Part shown: positions 13,701 to 27,236 of the stretch, one piece after another | Layout of the letters: each line of letters opens with the position of its first letter | How positions within the stretch are numbered: position 1 is the first letter of the stretch | NCBI GenBank assembly: GCA_013265495.1 | Contig: MU058781.1 | Location: 248,001 to 312,000, forward strand | Origin: Vicugna vicugna | Lineage: Eukaryota | Direction: 5' to 3' | DNA: 64,000 nucleotides | Program-made: the position numbers and the translations under genes | The notes under the pieces: generated by a model | Seen by the model: only the letters and a program-made list of their open reading frames with translations | What the model was told of the DNA's origin: nothing | Databases searched by the model: none

Positions 13701-14259
13701 TTATATATGTATTTCATGCTTACTACTTTTCAGGTGTTGTTTAATTGTATTACATGTAAAATCTCAGTGAATATTGACAATGAATCTATACAGTAGTACA
13801 ATGAAGCTTATTGTATGGTCAATGAATACTCTTTGCTTTAGAAACATAGGAAATATAAATTTTATCATGGGTGTTATCCCAGATTTATCACTTGGCAGAT
13901 CAAGAATTCCTTGTTAAAGTTATCCCCTTCCCTTGACACATGATACCACTTGTTTCTACAGTTGACTCCATATTTGTACCTATTTGGTTGGATTCAGATG
14001 GGTGACTTGATGTAACTGAAGCTGAATGATTGAATTTTCTCACTTTTTCAGTCAATAGATTTGCTAATTAAAGAAAGTAGCCTGATATCCGGAAAGACAG
14101 ATCAACAGGAATTTATTAAATTTATAAAATAATGAAGACTTCTAAACTCTTTGAAGTAACAGAGAAGAGATAAGGTGCATTGATTTATGATTTTAACAGC
14201 ATGTTATTTTAATGATTATATATTTCATACATGTACATATAAAAATATTGGAAATATGA

Positions 14260-14610
14260 ATGCCAACTGAAAAATGTAGAAGAAATAATAAAATTAGAAA
14301 ATCAACATGTGGCAACCATTATAGAAATACTTGATTCAGACCAGGAAATGTCCATGGATGCTAAAACTAGTGAGTAATTCTGATGAGAAACATGATATTG
14401 ATATGGAAAGTATTTCAAAATTATAAATGTTGCTCTGCAAGATGTTTGTTAATTACAAAAGAGAATAGCAACTTTAGAATGGAGAAAATTGCCAGACATC
14501 TCCTTAACCAAATAATTACAGTTAACGTCTCCAGGAAGGGGATGACTTGACATCATGTGACTCAATACAATGCACTGAGAAGGACGCCGTATCACAGTCA
14601 TTTTCTGTCC
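14260..14610 (+). mobile_element. Ancient L1MC/MD-like 3' UTR fragment
   Basis: ccatggatgctaaaactagtgag...aactttagaatggagaaa...ccttaaccaaataatt...tgcactgagaaggac resembles L1MC/MD 3' ends. Confidence 0.6.
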
Positions 14611-16394
14611 TTTTGCTTCTCTTGCTTTAACTTGTTTTAGCGAAATGTACAATACTCGTCCATCAAGTAGAACTTTGTTCTAGTTTCATAGGTGAAGAGT
14701 GCATCTTTTTAATTTAATGTAATGTATTTAATGTAAATAATAAGCTGTTTATTAGTTGTTTGTATTTTTTGTGTGTGAATTGCCTTTTTTTGGTATCTTG
14801 CTTATTTTTCTTTGGAGATGTTAATGCTTTTCTTATTAATTTCTAAAAATTATTTTTAGATTAAGGTGTCAATCAAATTTGTTTCAAACAAAAACTTGTA
14901 TTTTTGTGAAACTCTACCTGCTTTTGGTTCTTCCGTTGGGTGTGGCTAGCCACATCATTGAATTTGCTACATGAAGAATCACAAGTTCTTTTACCTGCAT
15001 TTGATGCTGAAAATATATATAATTATACAAATAGTAATGCTTTACTTTGGGAGAGGTGAATCCACTGATTATAAGCCATTGATCTTTCTTTGGTTACCTG
15101 AAAGCCGATATAGGAAATTGGTTCTTTTCCTCTTAAAGGCTCATTTCCCAGGCCAGCAGAAGAAAAAGAAAGAAGAAAGAAAAACCAAACAAGCAAGCAA
15201 GCACACAGCAGCAACAATAAACCCACCACCACAACTGACCACTTTAGGTCTCTCTGAGCTTTTCCTGGCCTGTACAGATGTGCTTGTGTGTTTTGAGCTT
15301 TTTTGTTTATTTTTCCCCTGGATTTTTCAGCCTAGCTTGTTTTTACGTATCGGTAGATTGGTATTTACAAACTGGTAAGTAGCCTACAGAAAGAAGTGTA
15401 AACTCTAGGAAGGCCAGAATCCACCCTTACCTATTATGAATGTGTTCCCAGGGCCTAGTGCCTAGCACATCTGAAGCACTCAATGCTGATTGAATCAATG
15501 AACTCATAAAAGGCACATTGACCTCGGAACTAGGAAGCAAGACCTCTGGATGAGAGGAGAGTTTGAAAAGAAAGAGGGACTGATGAGAGATGCAGAGAAA
15601 TGGCAAAGAGAATCTTGACAATTTTGCCTAAAGCCAACCCAAAGCTCGAGTTTTAACAAGATTTTCTTTCACTGCCCAAATTCCTAGGATTCCATTTCTA
15701 ATATTTTTGTTTTGTGCAAATAGTTTCCACTTGGGAGAGGGAGGAAATTCACTTGAATAACAATGAAGAGACTTTAACAGAAGATGATAGTTTGGCTCAG
15801 GCTTTGCTCTGTAATATATTTACTGTCCCACGGGCTCATCCTCGTAAATTATTCCATATCTTTCCCTTGTCCTTTTCATAATAGAGCTTTTGTCAAAAAC
15901 ACACAGTTTTACAAACTTTAGAGATTTCCATCTCAATCAGCTGATTTCTTTATAACACTATAGTTTATGTACAGATTATATCAACAGCTACAGGCAGGGC
16001 AGCTGTCCGTTAAGTGCGTGGAAAATGCAGCACCAGGTCTCGTGGAAACAACTTTGGACTGGGGTCATCAAAGCTGATACCAAGGGAAGAAGCAAAGCCC
16101 TGGGCTTAGAGTCAAACAATTCAGAACCCTTCTTGGGAAGAGAACTTCTTCTTTATCAAGGGAAACACCAGTTGGGACAGGTGGTTATGGAAGAGGAGGC
16201 CTCCGTCCTCCATCCAAGCACATTCTGGTTAAAATGAGCTGAATTGTTCCGGGTCATAAAGTGAAAGGAGCTGTAGACTGGGAATGGGCGGCCTTAATTT
16301 CCTTTAAGGAAATTGTTTTAAAGGACTAGTGAAATAGAAGAGAACTCTACGGAGGCCTAAGACCTAATGCTCAGAGGAAACGGGAAACAGAAGT

Positions 16395-16660
16395 GACATA
16401 AGTGGTTACCAGAGGGGAAGAGGGGGTACATTAGGAGCTTGGGATTAGCAGATATACACTAGTAAATGTAAAACAGATTAACAACAAGGTCCTACTGTAT
16501 GGCACATGGAACCATATTCAATAGCTTGCAATAACATATAATGGAAAAGAATCTGAAAAACAATATCTATGTATGTGTAAAACTGAATCACTTTGCTGCA
16601 CACCAGAAACTAACACATTGTTGTAAATCAGCTATATTTCAAAAACAAAAAAACAAAAAA
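16395..16660 (+). mobile_element. L1 3' UTR fragment (artiodactyl type)
   Basis: gtggttaccagagggg...aacaacaaggtcctactgtatggcac...aactgaatcactttgctgcacaccagaaac plus A-rich tail. Confidence 0.85.
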
Positions 16661-16669
16661 CTTACTTAA

Positions 16670-16895
16670 AATTCACTGAGCAGTTACTGTGGTCCAGACA
16701 TTTTCTGAACACTGAATGCATTGATAATTTAACCCTTGAATAATCCTGTTTGCTACATATAATTATTTCCATCTTACAACTAAAATTGAGGCACACAGAG
16801 CTGAAGTAACTCATGCAAGATTACACGGCTCTAAATGGAATATTATGGCCTCAAACACAATCTGACTCCGAAAACTTGTGTTTAATCCACTATGT
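16670..16895 (-). mobile_element. MIR SINE at the left duplication boundary
   Basis: aaattgaggcacacagagctgaagtaactcatgcaagattacacggct...tctgactcc. Confidence 0.7.
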
Positions 16896-16988
16896 CTATT
16901 TCTCTGAGCCATGGACAATAATCTCTGGAAATACATGAATTCTCCCATCGTGCATGGGNNNNNNNNNNNNNNNNNNNNNNNNNNNNNN

Positions 16989-17095
16989 TTTGGTGGCGTT
17001 AGGTTTATTTATCTATTCTTGGAGGAGGTGGTGGGGATTGAACCCAGGACCTCTTGCATGCTAAGCACACACTCTTATCACTTAAGCTAGCCCCT
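16989..17095 (-). mobile_element. Camelid tRNA-derived SINE (Vic-1-like), truncated by gap
   Basis: ggggattgaacccaggacctcttgcatgctaagc is the reverse complement of the B-box-containing tRNA-like head. Confidence 0.85.
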
Positions 17096-17539
17096 GTCTG
17101 CATTTTTATTTCATTTTTAAAGGAATGTGTAACTCTTAATGTCAGGAGGGCTTGGGGCCATCCAAAGAGTATATATCTGCGTTATATGCAGCTTTATGTG
17201 TTTATTTTTGACTATTATTTAACCTGGACCCTAGATTATTCTATAAACTCTGCCCCAGTTCTAAAATGCATCATTGCAAGCCAAATGTGGGGACATTTAG
17301 TTATTTATTATTCAGTCTTTAATATGGATAAGAGGTGAGAAAAGATTTTATTATATGATTTCTGGTGTCTTACTAGTTGAGGCTCTCATTCCAACTCTGA
17401 GAAAGTAGTTTAAGGGGAACCTTCAGGGCCTTGAGAAGAAAGCCAATTATATTAGAATGAGTAAGAGATTGAGACTCAAGGGCTCGATGTGTAACTTGGC
17501 TCTCCCGCTGGTCTATGATTAATATTTATATAGCCAACT

Positions 17540-18335
17540 GCCTGCTCCATGTAGTGTTTGGAAGTCCTATAGGCATCCAGAATTCATAAAACATAGGCGT
17601 CCACCAACTTTGTATGCCCTTGCTCTTTGATAGGCCTCTTTTCCTCTGTGTGGATTCAGTTGAAGGTATCTAATCACCCAAATGAGAAATCTTGAGTCCT
17701 GCTGACGTTCACTGTATACTCAGCATGTCATCTCATCTTCATTTCTCCTCTCTCTGCTCTTGTTCTGTGCCTGGACGACGGCACCAGGCTCTTCATTGGG
17801 CATCACATCTCCTCTTCTCACCTGATCTCTGCTCCAGAGAGCATTCTCCTCTGTTTATCAAAGGAACAGATATGGTCTGTCTGCTTCCATGCTGAAAACC
17901 GTCCAGTGGCTGCCAACGTTGAGTGTAAGCAACTTGTCACGGTAACGAAAACCTTCCATATCCAGGCCCTATGGCCTCTGCAGCCATGGTCCTCTTTCCA
18001 TTCCAGGTTCTAATACATCCAATCGCTTCCATCCTTCAAGCTCAATGCATTTCCTTACATCCCTGCCCAAGTTAGTCTCTTTGCTTTGGTGTGATCTTTC
18101 TTCTCTTCTGCTGCTTAAATTCTCAAGCGCCCCTTCTTTCTGTTCCTACGGCACACTGCAAATATTACGCTAATACCACATCTTAAAGTTATCTGAATTC
18201 ATCCTGTCCCCATGAGAGATGATGAACTTTACAAGGGTAGGGACCTTATCCTAGTCACCCTTTTGGCCCCGCTGTAGAACTCAGGGTTTAGGATATGGTA
18301 AGTGCTTAAGAAATTGTCACAGATTATTAAACTGA
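17540..18335 (+). mobile_element. L2 fragment (duplicated at ~19914-20640)
   Basis: gctgaaaaccgtccagtggctgcc and tgaactttacaagggtagggacctt...aagtgcttaagaaa L2 3' motifs. Confidence 0.6.
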
Positions 18336-19002
18336 AATGATTACAAATGAGTCATTTCCTTTCTCAGGTCTAATTCAACTTAAAAAAATTGAATGATGCC
18401 ATTATGTGTGGCAGATAATATTCTACTTGACTCATGAATAATGTGCCATTTTCAGAATCCTTCTTGGATAAGGGTATGTATTTGAATGTTCTATTAATAA
18501 GACATAGTTGGTACTTTTACCCAATTTTGTTTGTAATTTTTAAAAAATTTATATATCACAATCTCTAATTCATATGTGTTCACACTGATTTAGTGTTGTC
18601 AAACTCCTCTTTATATTTGATTTTTGAAAAAGTTTATAGAAACTTTCAAATCAAATGATACTAATGAAGGGGTTAAATAATTGTCTTTGAATATGCAATA
18701 CCGGTTGGCATTTGAGGTTTTAAAAGTGCAATAATTTCCATTTGAAAGCAGCATTACAAACATGTTGCATGTGGAATGTCTATTACTGTCACAAGCTCAT
18801 AGACATTGGAATCAGACAGATTTGGTTAAAATATGGAATCTGCCAGTCATCATCAAGTTGACCTATGCAAGTTAAAAACATAGAAAGGTATAAATTATCC
18901 TAATTTTTGAGTTGGGAATAGTAATACCTCTCTTTCAAGGTTATTCTAGCAGTAGAGATGACGTCTGTAAAGTATATAGCATAACTCCTGGTAGCTCTAC
19001 TG

Positions 19003-19247
19003 TAATAGTGATAATGATGCTGGTGGTGGTGGTGGTGGTGGTGGTGGTGGTGATGGCAGTGATGATGGTGGTGGTTGTGTTTGTGGTTATGTTGGTGATG
19101 TTGGTGGTAGTGATGGTGGTGGTGATGGGGGTGATGATGGGGGTGATGATGGAAGTGGTGGTAGTGGTGGTGATGGTGATGGTGATGATGGTGATAGTGA
19201 TGATGATGATTGTAGTGATGGTGGTGATGATGGAAATGATGGTGATA
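19003..19247. repeat. Degenerate (GGT/GAT)n trinucleotide repeat, copy 1
   Basis: Directly visible; source of the spurious poly-His and poly-Val ORFs. Confidence 0.95.
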
Positions 19248-19349
19248 GCCCTTCCTACTTCTGTGCACTATGTCTATTTCTCTGAGCCATGGACAATAAT
19301 CTGTGGAAATACATGAATTCTCCCATCGTGCATGGGGTGGGGGCTCCAG

Positions 19350-19495
19350 TTAATTTGTTTTAATGTTAATTAAAAAAAAACTTTTTTGGTGGCGGGTAAT
19401 TAGATTTATTTATCTATTCTTGGAGGAGGTGGTAGGGATTGAACCCAGGACCTCTTGCATGCTAAGCACACACTCTTATCACTTAAGCTAGCCCC
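19350..19495 (-). mobile_element. Vic-1-like SINE (duplicated copy)
   Basis: Same head as 16989-17095, plus the ggtaattag tail motif. Confidence 0.85.
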
Positions 19496-21306
19496 TGTCT
19501 GCATTTTTATTTCATTTTTAAAGGAATGTGTAACTCTTAATGTCAGGAGGGCTTGGGGCCATCCAAAGAGTATATATCTGCGTTATATGCAGCTTTATGT
19601 GTTTATTTTTGACTATTATTTATTTCTGGTGTTAGTTGAGGCTCTCATTCCAACTCTGAGAAAGTAGTTTAAGGGGAACCTTCAGGGCCTTGAGAAGAAA
19701 GCCAATTATATTAGACTGAGTAAGAGATTGAGACTCAAGGGCAGGGCTNNNNNNNNNNNNNNNNNNNNNNNNNNNNNNNNNNNNNNNNNNNNNNNNNNNN
19801 NNNNNNNNNNNNNNNNNNNNNNNNNNNNNNNNNNNNNNNNNNNNNNNNNNNNNNNNNNNNNNNNNNNNNNNNNNNNNNNNNNNNNNNNNNNNNNNNNNNN
19901 NNNNNNNNNNNNNCAACTTTGTATTGCTCTTTGATAGGCCTCTTTTCCTCTGTGTGGATTCAGTTGAAGGTATCTAATCACCCAAATGAGAAATCTTGAG
20001 TCCTGCTGACGTTCACTGTATACTCAGCATGTCATGTCATCTTCATTTCTCCTCTCTCTGCTCTTGTTCTGTGCCTGGACGACGGCACCAGGCTCTTCAT
20101 TGGGCATCACATCTCCTCTTCTCACCTGATCTCTGCTCCAGAGAGCATTCTCCTCTGTTTATCAAAGGAACAGATATGGTCTGTCTGCTTCCATGCTGAA
20201 AACCGTCCAGTGGCTGCCAACGTTGAGTGTAAGCAACTTGTCACGGTAACGAAAACCTTCCATATCCAGGCCCTATGGCCTCTGCAGCCATGGTCCTCTT
20301 TCCATTCCAGGTTCTAATACATCCAATCGCTTCCATCCTTCAAGCTCAATGCATTTCCTTACATCCCTGCCCAAGTTAGTCTCTTAGCTTTGGTGTGATC
20401 TTTCTTCTCTTCTGCTGCTTAAATTCTCAAGTGCCGCTTCTTTCTGTTCCTACGGCACACTGCAAATATTACGCTAATACCACATCTTAAAGTTATCTGA
20501 ATTCATCCTGTCCCCATGAGAGATGATGAACTTTACAAGGGTAGGGACCTTATCCTAGTCACCCTTTTGGCCCCGCTGTAGAACTCAGGGTTTAGGATAT
20601 GGTAAGTGCTTAAGAAATTGTCACAGATTATTAAACTGAAATGATTACAAATGAGTCATTTCCTTTCTCAGGTCTAATTCAACTTAAAAAAATTGAATGA
20701 TGCCATTATGTGTGGCAGATAATATTCTACTTGACTCATGAATAATGTGCCATTTTCAGAATCCTTCTTGGATAAGGGTATGTATTTGAATGTTCTATTA
20801 ATAAGACATAGTTGGTACTTTTACCCAATTTTGTTTGTAATTTTTAAAAAATTTATATATCACAATCTCTAATTCATATGTGTTCACACTGATTTAGTGT
20901 TGTCAAACTCCTCTTTATATTTGATTTTTGAAAAAGTTTATAGAAACTTTCAAATCAAATGATACTAATGAAGGGGTTAAATAATTGTCTTTGAATATGC
21001 AATACCGGTTGGCATTTGAGGTTTTAAAAGTGCAATAATTTCCATTTGAAAGCAGTATTACAAACATGTTGCATGTGGAATGTCTATTACTGTCACAAGC
21101 TCATAGACATTGGAATCAGACAGATTTGGTTAAAATATGGAATCTGCCAGTCATCATCAAGTTGACCTATGCAAGTTAAAAACATAGAAAGGTATAAATT
21201 ATCCTAATTTTTGAGTTGGGAATAGTAATACCTCTCTTTCAAGGTTATTCTAGCAGTAGAGATGACGTCTGTAAAGTATATAGCATAACTCCTGGTAGCT
21301 CTACTG

Positions 21307-21551
21307 TAATAGTGATAATGATGCTGGTGGTGGTGGTGGTGGTGGTGGTGGTGGTGATGGCAGTGATGATGGTGGTGGTTGTGTTTGTGGTTATGTTGGT
21401 GATGTTGGTGGTAGTGATGGTGGTGGTGATGGGGGTGATGATGGGGGTGATGACGGAAGTGGTGGTAGTGGTGGTGATGGTGATGGTGATGATGGTGATA
21501 GTGATGATGATGATTGTAGTGATGGTGGTGATGATGGAAATGATGGTGATA
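21307..21551. repeat. Degenerate (GGT/GAT)n trinucleotide repeat, copy 2
   Basis: Near-identical to 19003-19247. Confidence 0.95.
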
Positions 21552-21554
21552 GCC

Positions 21555-21945
21555 CTTCCTACTTCTGTGCCTTTGCACGTGGATTTACCTCTGTAAGCAA
21601 ATCTCCCCTTTCCAACAGCTATGAGTCCTTTCTCCATCTTCCTTCACCTAGGTAGGTCCTACTCTTTAGTTTAGGTTTCAATTTGAAATGATGTCCTCAG
21701 GGAAGCAGCCCTAGATCTCTCAAACCAGATAAAGTATCCCTATTGTAATCTCCCCTGGTGAGCACCATGTACTCCTCTTTCATAGTGCTTTCCACACATG
21801 GAACCCATTTATTATTTGTTAAATATTAATATAAAACCCCCTTCAACTTGTGTGCTCATCCTTATTTCTGAAGCCCCACAGTGTAGCATGGTGCCTGACA
21901 TAATGCCAAACCCTCCATAAATATTTGTTGAATGACTGAAATGAG
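21555..21945 (+). mobile_element. L2 3' end
   Basis: gcctttgcacgtgg...tcctcagggaagc...atggtgcctgacataa...taaatatttgttgaatga. Confidence 0.75.
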
Positions 21946-24199
21946 AACAAGAATTACAATGACCATCCAACTACAATCATGGTGAAAGGAAAACATAGTC
22001 TGTTGTACTTAATCCGAAGAGTTGAAATAGGTGACTATTGTGTCCGCAGTTTAAAGAGCCTCCCCAACATGAGAGCCACTTGAAATAAGAGATCAGAATT
22101 TCTTCAAAAGCTATGTAAAATCAAGTCTAAGATGAATCCAAGTGCGTCACTAAAGATACATTGTAAAAAAAATTTAAAAAGGGAAAAATGATGGAGGAAT
22201 GAAGAAAGGCTATTAAAAAGAGCATCTCCTGATTGCTTCCTCTTTTGGTTTGCTTCTGTTGGAGGAAGGACGTCTGGGTAACAAGGGTGGCTGAGTGACA
22301 ACGGGACACCGAAGGGCATTGATGAAACCCCTGGTGCTTTACTGTCTTAGGCCACAGTTGCTGTGTAGGACAAGAAAGGCCCATAAAGATGACATGTTTG
22401 CTTGGCGGCTCCCTGATGGGGCTCCAATGTATTACCTGGATCTAATTATCTCATCTCCAGCTGACAGAGGGGTTTCCATGGAACCTTTCCATCATGGCTG
22501 CCTCAGCCCAGCTTCCAGGGGGCTGTCTCAGAGCTTGATATATTTTGGGATCCCCTGCTCATTGGATGAACAAGCTGGAGCAAATCATGTATTGACCTCA
22601 AAGCATTTATAACCCATAGAACATTATATTCTCATCAGAGCCATAGGGGCAGTAAACTCTAGTTTCTCTGCTGTGAAACATGGTTTTGCTTATGCACTGT
22701 GTTACTGGGGTTGTACCTAAACAACAATACATCATTTGTGGCACATGTCGCCTTCTTTATTGAAAGGCAAAACAAAGAGTTGAGGACAAAAATCATTACT
22801 TCTTTAGCAATTTTTCACCAAATGCTTTTCTTTTGTACTTGACACACAGATGGGACATGGTGGGGCAAGGGAAATGATGTATGGCAGCGTGACAAATTTC
22901 ATTTCCTTTCTAAAGCCAGAATCAGAAGGATGCACACATTTTGGAATGTTGCTGTTTTTCTGAATAAATAAATAAATAAAATAAGCTTTGAAAGACGAGC
23001 TGGAAGGGAGGACTTTCATGGGTCTCCCAGGGAAAGCCCTTGCATGCTTTACATTGCCTTGTCGAGTGAGTACTGATCAAAGGACTTAGAGGAAAAGATT
23101 GGTAACAACGAGCCAGTTTGTGTAAGAGCTTTTGTACCATCTTGGACATGATCAGCCCTGACTGGGATTGGAATTAACAGAGTTTGATGCAGCCTAGTAG
23201 AAACTGGACAGGTGAAGGCCAGGGACCCAGACTCAGCTCCTCTGGGCCCTGGAAGAGTTGTATGTGTGAACTTTCTGAGTGATAGAAGAAATAAGGCAGT
23301 TGCTTTCAGTTCATGCTATGTATTCCTTCTCTATCCTTGCTTTTTTTTTTTCCCTCTCTACTTTATCCTCAAATGCATTGTTTCTCAAAGTTTGCCCCCC
23401 GTACCACCCTGCTTCCAAGTAACTGGGGTGCTTCCTAAAGATGTAAGATTCCCAGTATCACCATCATGCTCCTGAATCAGACTGTGCAGAGTTGGGGTTT
23501 GGGGATCTGGTTGGATCTTACACCCACAAGATGACTTCTCTGCCCTCCTAAGTCTGGAAACCATTGCCCACGTGTCCCAGCCTGGGCTGCTTGGAGGATT
23601 AACTTGATTAATATCCACAAAGGACTGAACTTCTTTTTCTGACTTCTTCCCTCAGAGGGTCCCTTTCCTTCTTACTGTGTGACTTGTTAAGTGTTCAGAG
23701 CTATGATCGCTTATAGTGTCACCCTTCCAAACACATTTGTGTTTTATTATTTTGTTTCTTATCTCATCATTTCCCAAATGGTATTAGGTGTTTCTTTAAA
23801 AAAATAAGGTAAAATATTCAAATAGATTTAAGAAATGATGGGTTAAACTTAGTCTAGTGAAATATCTTGACTACAGGACTTGTCAGTGCCTTTAATATAG
23901 CCATTGATACTGCGAATCTCCAAATAGGAGTTTCTTAAACACACTCGATAGGAAACCTCTTTGTGCTGAAGAACTTCATGAGATTTGTGTGTCAAATAAT
24001 TTTGGAAAATACTGCCTAACTCAGAAGGCATACTGAAAGATCAGTGGACATCCTAGAGGCACTGTGGCAGGTAGGGTATGGCAGGAGAGGTATTTGATGC
24101 CTCTTAAATATTGTCACATATACGACTGTTTAATTGCTCCTGTGAAGTCCTGTATTTATGGAGAAGAAATTGTCTTGTACTGAAAAATGAAGAATATTT

Positions 24200-24560
24200 G
24201 TATCTTAGTCCATTCAGACTACTTTCACAAAAATATTACAGACAGGGTAGCTTGTAAACAGCAGAAATTTATTTCTTACAGTTCTGGAGACCGGGGAGGT
24301 CCAGGACTAAGCACTGGCAGATTTGGTGTCCGGGAAGAACCCGCTTTCTGGTTCACAGATGGCCCTCTTCTTGCTGTGTCTTCACCTTGGAGAAAGGGAA
24401 GGGAATATCTCCAGAGTTTCTTTGATAAAGGCACTAATCTCATTCACGAGGGCTCCATTCTTGTGACCTAATCATCTCCCCAAAGCCTCACCTCCTAACA
24501 TCATCACTTGGCGTTTAGGTTTCAACCTATGACTTGGTGGGGAACACAAATATTCAATTA
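24200..24560. mobile_element. MLT1 (MaLR) solo LTR
   Basis: tcttagtccattcag...aacagcagaaatttatttcttacagttctggag...gcactaatctcattcacgagggctcc...ggaacacaaatattca. Confidence 0.88.
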
Positions 24561-25519
24561 ATATTTACACCAAATGGATTCATACTAATAGAAAACATTT
24601 CCTAGGCAATGTTGTATTTGTTAAAAAAAATAGGTTGGTACCATTTATCTCAGTATAGAGCTATAATATAGAAAACACTGTGATTTTTCTTTTATTCTTT
24701 AAACTTTTCATCAGTTAATTGGATTATGAAAAAGCCAACAAACTTTTGAAACATCAAGATAAGCACGAGGTGACTTGGAGTGTTTCTCCTGTCTCTGGGG
24801 TGCTTCTGCAAATAACCTTTGGGGGTCATCCTGTACTCTTTGGAGATTTCTGATGATAGCAGTGAGATTTATCCCTAAACACTACAAATTCAAATGTAAA
24901 CCAATTTCTCCCTGTAGTTTTCAAGGAGAAACTCCTGCTCCATGAATCACCTGAAACCTACCCCAGAAGCGGTAAAGGCATCTTCACAAAGGATGGTTGG
25001 GCAGGCATCTCTCAGGATCCTTTATGCCCCAATATTCTGTGATTTGAAGATAGAGTCTCCTATAATTTGCCAATGTCCATGTGCTTTCTATTCAGATATC
25101 TTCCTTTCCCTGCCTTTTGTGTAATTGCTGGCAATAGTAGACCTGAATTTATACCTGAAAGGTTCCATTACAATGATTGGTTCTTGGAGACTCCATTCGT
25201 CCTGTATATTAGAGAATACAGCACTATTTCCCCACTTATCTGAAGTTGTTATTCACCATTTCTTCTGGGTAGTTAAATGTTCATAATTAGACTTGACTCA
25301 TAGTGATCATAAAGAAAGAAAATATTTTACAACAGCTGGTAGACAGAAACTGTTTTCCTAAACTTTCAAATGTGCATGAAATCAGCTATTGCACATTAGA
25401 AAATGTAAGTCATAGTTCTACTGGGGGATGCAACAAAATAAAACTGTAAATATTTTATCAAAACGGAAATGACAAGCTGCCGTAACCACATACAATCATC
25501 TGTGTATCATTTCTCCTAA

Positions 25520-26680
25520 TAATTTTTTTAATACACTTGATATTTTGGAGCAATTTTAGATTCCCAGAAAAACTGAGCAGAAAGTACATGGAGTTCCTAT
25601 ATACCCTCTACGCTCCCCCTCCAGCACACACACAGCCTCCTCCACTATCACAATCCCACACCAAGGAGGCTACCTTAATTGGTATCAATGAACCTACACT
25701 GACACATAACATTATTACCCAAAGTCCATAGTTTACATTGGGGTTCATGCTTGGGGTCATACGTTCTATGAATTTTGAATAATGTATAGTGACATATGTC
25801 CACCATTATAGTATCATTACAGTGTCACAGGGAATAGTTTAGCTGCCCTAAGAACCCTCTGTGCTCTGCCTAGCCTTTCTTCCTTCCCCGCAGCCCCTAG
25901 CAGCCACTTATCTGTTTACGGTCTCCCTCGTGTTGCCTTTTCCCAAGTGTCATATAGTTGAACTCATACAATATGGAGCCTTTTCAGATCAGCTCCTTTC
26001 ACTTAGTCATAGACATTTAAGTTTCCTCCATGTCTTTTCACAGCGTGATAGCTCATTTCTTTTCAGTGTTGACTCATATTCCATTACCTGCATAGATCAC
26101 AGTTTATTTATCCATTCACCTATGGAAGGACATCTTGGTTGCTTCCAAGTTTGGGCAATTATGAATAAAGCTGCTATAAACATCCATATGCAGGTTTTTG
26201 TGTGGTCATAAAAGTTTTCAACTTCTTTGGGTAAATGCCAAGGAGCACGATTGCTGGATTGTATAGTAAGACTCTGTTTCGTTTGTAAGAAACTATCAAA
26301 CTGTCTTCCCAAGTGGCTGTGCCATTTTGCTTTCCCACCAGCCACGAATGAGAGTTCCCGTGGCTCCACATCCTCTCCAGGATTGGGTGTGGTCGGTGTT
26401 TGGGATTTGGGCTTTTTAATAGGTCTGTAGTGCTATGTCACAGTTTTCACTTGCACTTCCCTGCTGATATACCGTGCTGAGCATCCTCTCCCATGCTTAC
26501 GTGGCATCCGTGTAGCTTTCCTGGTGAAGTGTCTGTTCAGTTCTCTTGCCCATTTTTTGATCAGGTTTTTTTCTTTTCTTATTGTTAATTTTTAAAATGT
26601 CTTTGCATATTTTGGACAACAGTCTTTTATCAGCTACATCTTCTGTAAGTATTTTCTCCCAGTCCGCGGCTAGTCTCATT
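25520..26680 (-). mobile_element. Ancient L1M (L1MA/MB-like) ORF2 C-terminus and 3' UTR
   Basis: Minus-strand peptides KTCIWMFIAALFIIAQTWKQPRCPSIGEWINKL, YNPAIVLLGIYPK and DWEKI are L1 ORF2 motifs, frameshifted. Confidence 0.92.
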
Positions 26681-26965
26681 TATTTTACCCCTTGACATTT
26701 TAATCCTGCCACATGAATGGCAACAGGATATTTGTAGTGGTGGTTTTCCATTTCTTCACAGAATTGGAGGCACAGAAAACATCATGTTTGATTTTTGTTA
26801 TTTCAATATTATGTTGAAAGGAAAAATTTATATTTTTAATAAATGAAAACCAAAAATAAAGTGATTATAATTATCTCCAAAGTGTTAAAAACTAAGAAAT
26901 TAAATAATTTGAAGAATATGTCCAAAATAATTTAAAGAGGGTGTATTTTTCTCCTGAGTAAAAAA

Positions 26966-27065
26966 TGTGTTTGTGTGTGTATGTGTGTGTGTGTGTGTGT
27001 GTGTGTTTTATGCATTTTTGTGTATGTGTTTGTGTGTTTTGTTTGTGTGTTTTGTATGTGTGTGT
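26966..27065. repeat. (TG)n-rich microsatellite
   Basis: Directly visible. Confidence 0.9.
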
Positions 27066-27107
27066 AAACACATTTAGGTAGTCTGCAGGGTCCTTTGTCA
27101 AGCTAGC

Positions 27108-27236
27108 TTTGTTTGTTTGTTTGTTGGTGGGGGGAGGTAATAAGATTGATTGATTGATTTAATGGAGGTACTGGGGATTGAACCCAGGACCTCGTGCACG
27201 CTAAGCACATACTCTACCACTGAGCTACACCCTCCC
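27108..27236 (-). mobile_element. Vic-1-like SINE
   Basis: Reverse complement reads gggagggtgtagctcagtggtagag...ggttcaatccccagtacctcc (A and B boxes), with a (TTTG)n tail. Confidence 0.9.

Larger units (their letters stand above)
16888..21570. repeat. Tandem direct duplication, ~2.3-2.4 kb unit (copy 1 16888-19266, copy 2 19266-21570)
   Basis: Both copies start cactatgtctatttctctgagcc and end gcccttcctacttctgtgc. Offset is 2378 at the start and 2304 over the distal 1.6 kb. The ORF track shows the same peptides twice. Confidence 0.97.

Noticed and set aside
18900..21637. Poly-His, poly-Val/Met and poly-Thr/Ile ORFs of 122-134 aa
   Set aside because: They are translations of a GGT/GAT microsatellite that is stop-poor in several frames; no gene context.
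25861..26679. Several ORFs with L1 ORF2 motifs
   Set aside because: Frameshifted remnants of a dead L1M; recorded as a mobile element, not as CDS.
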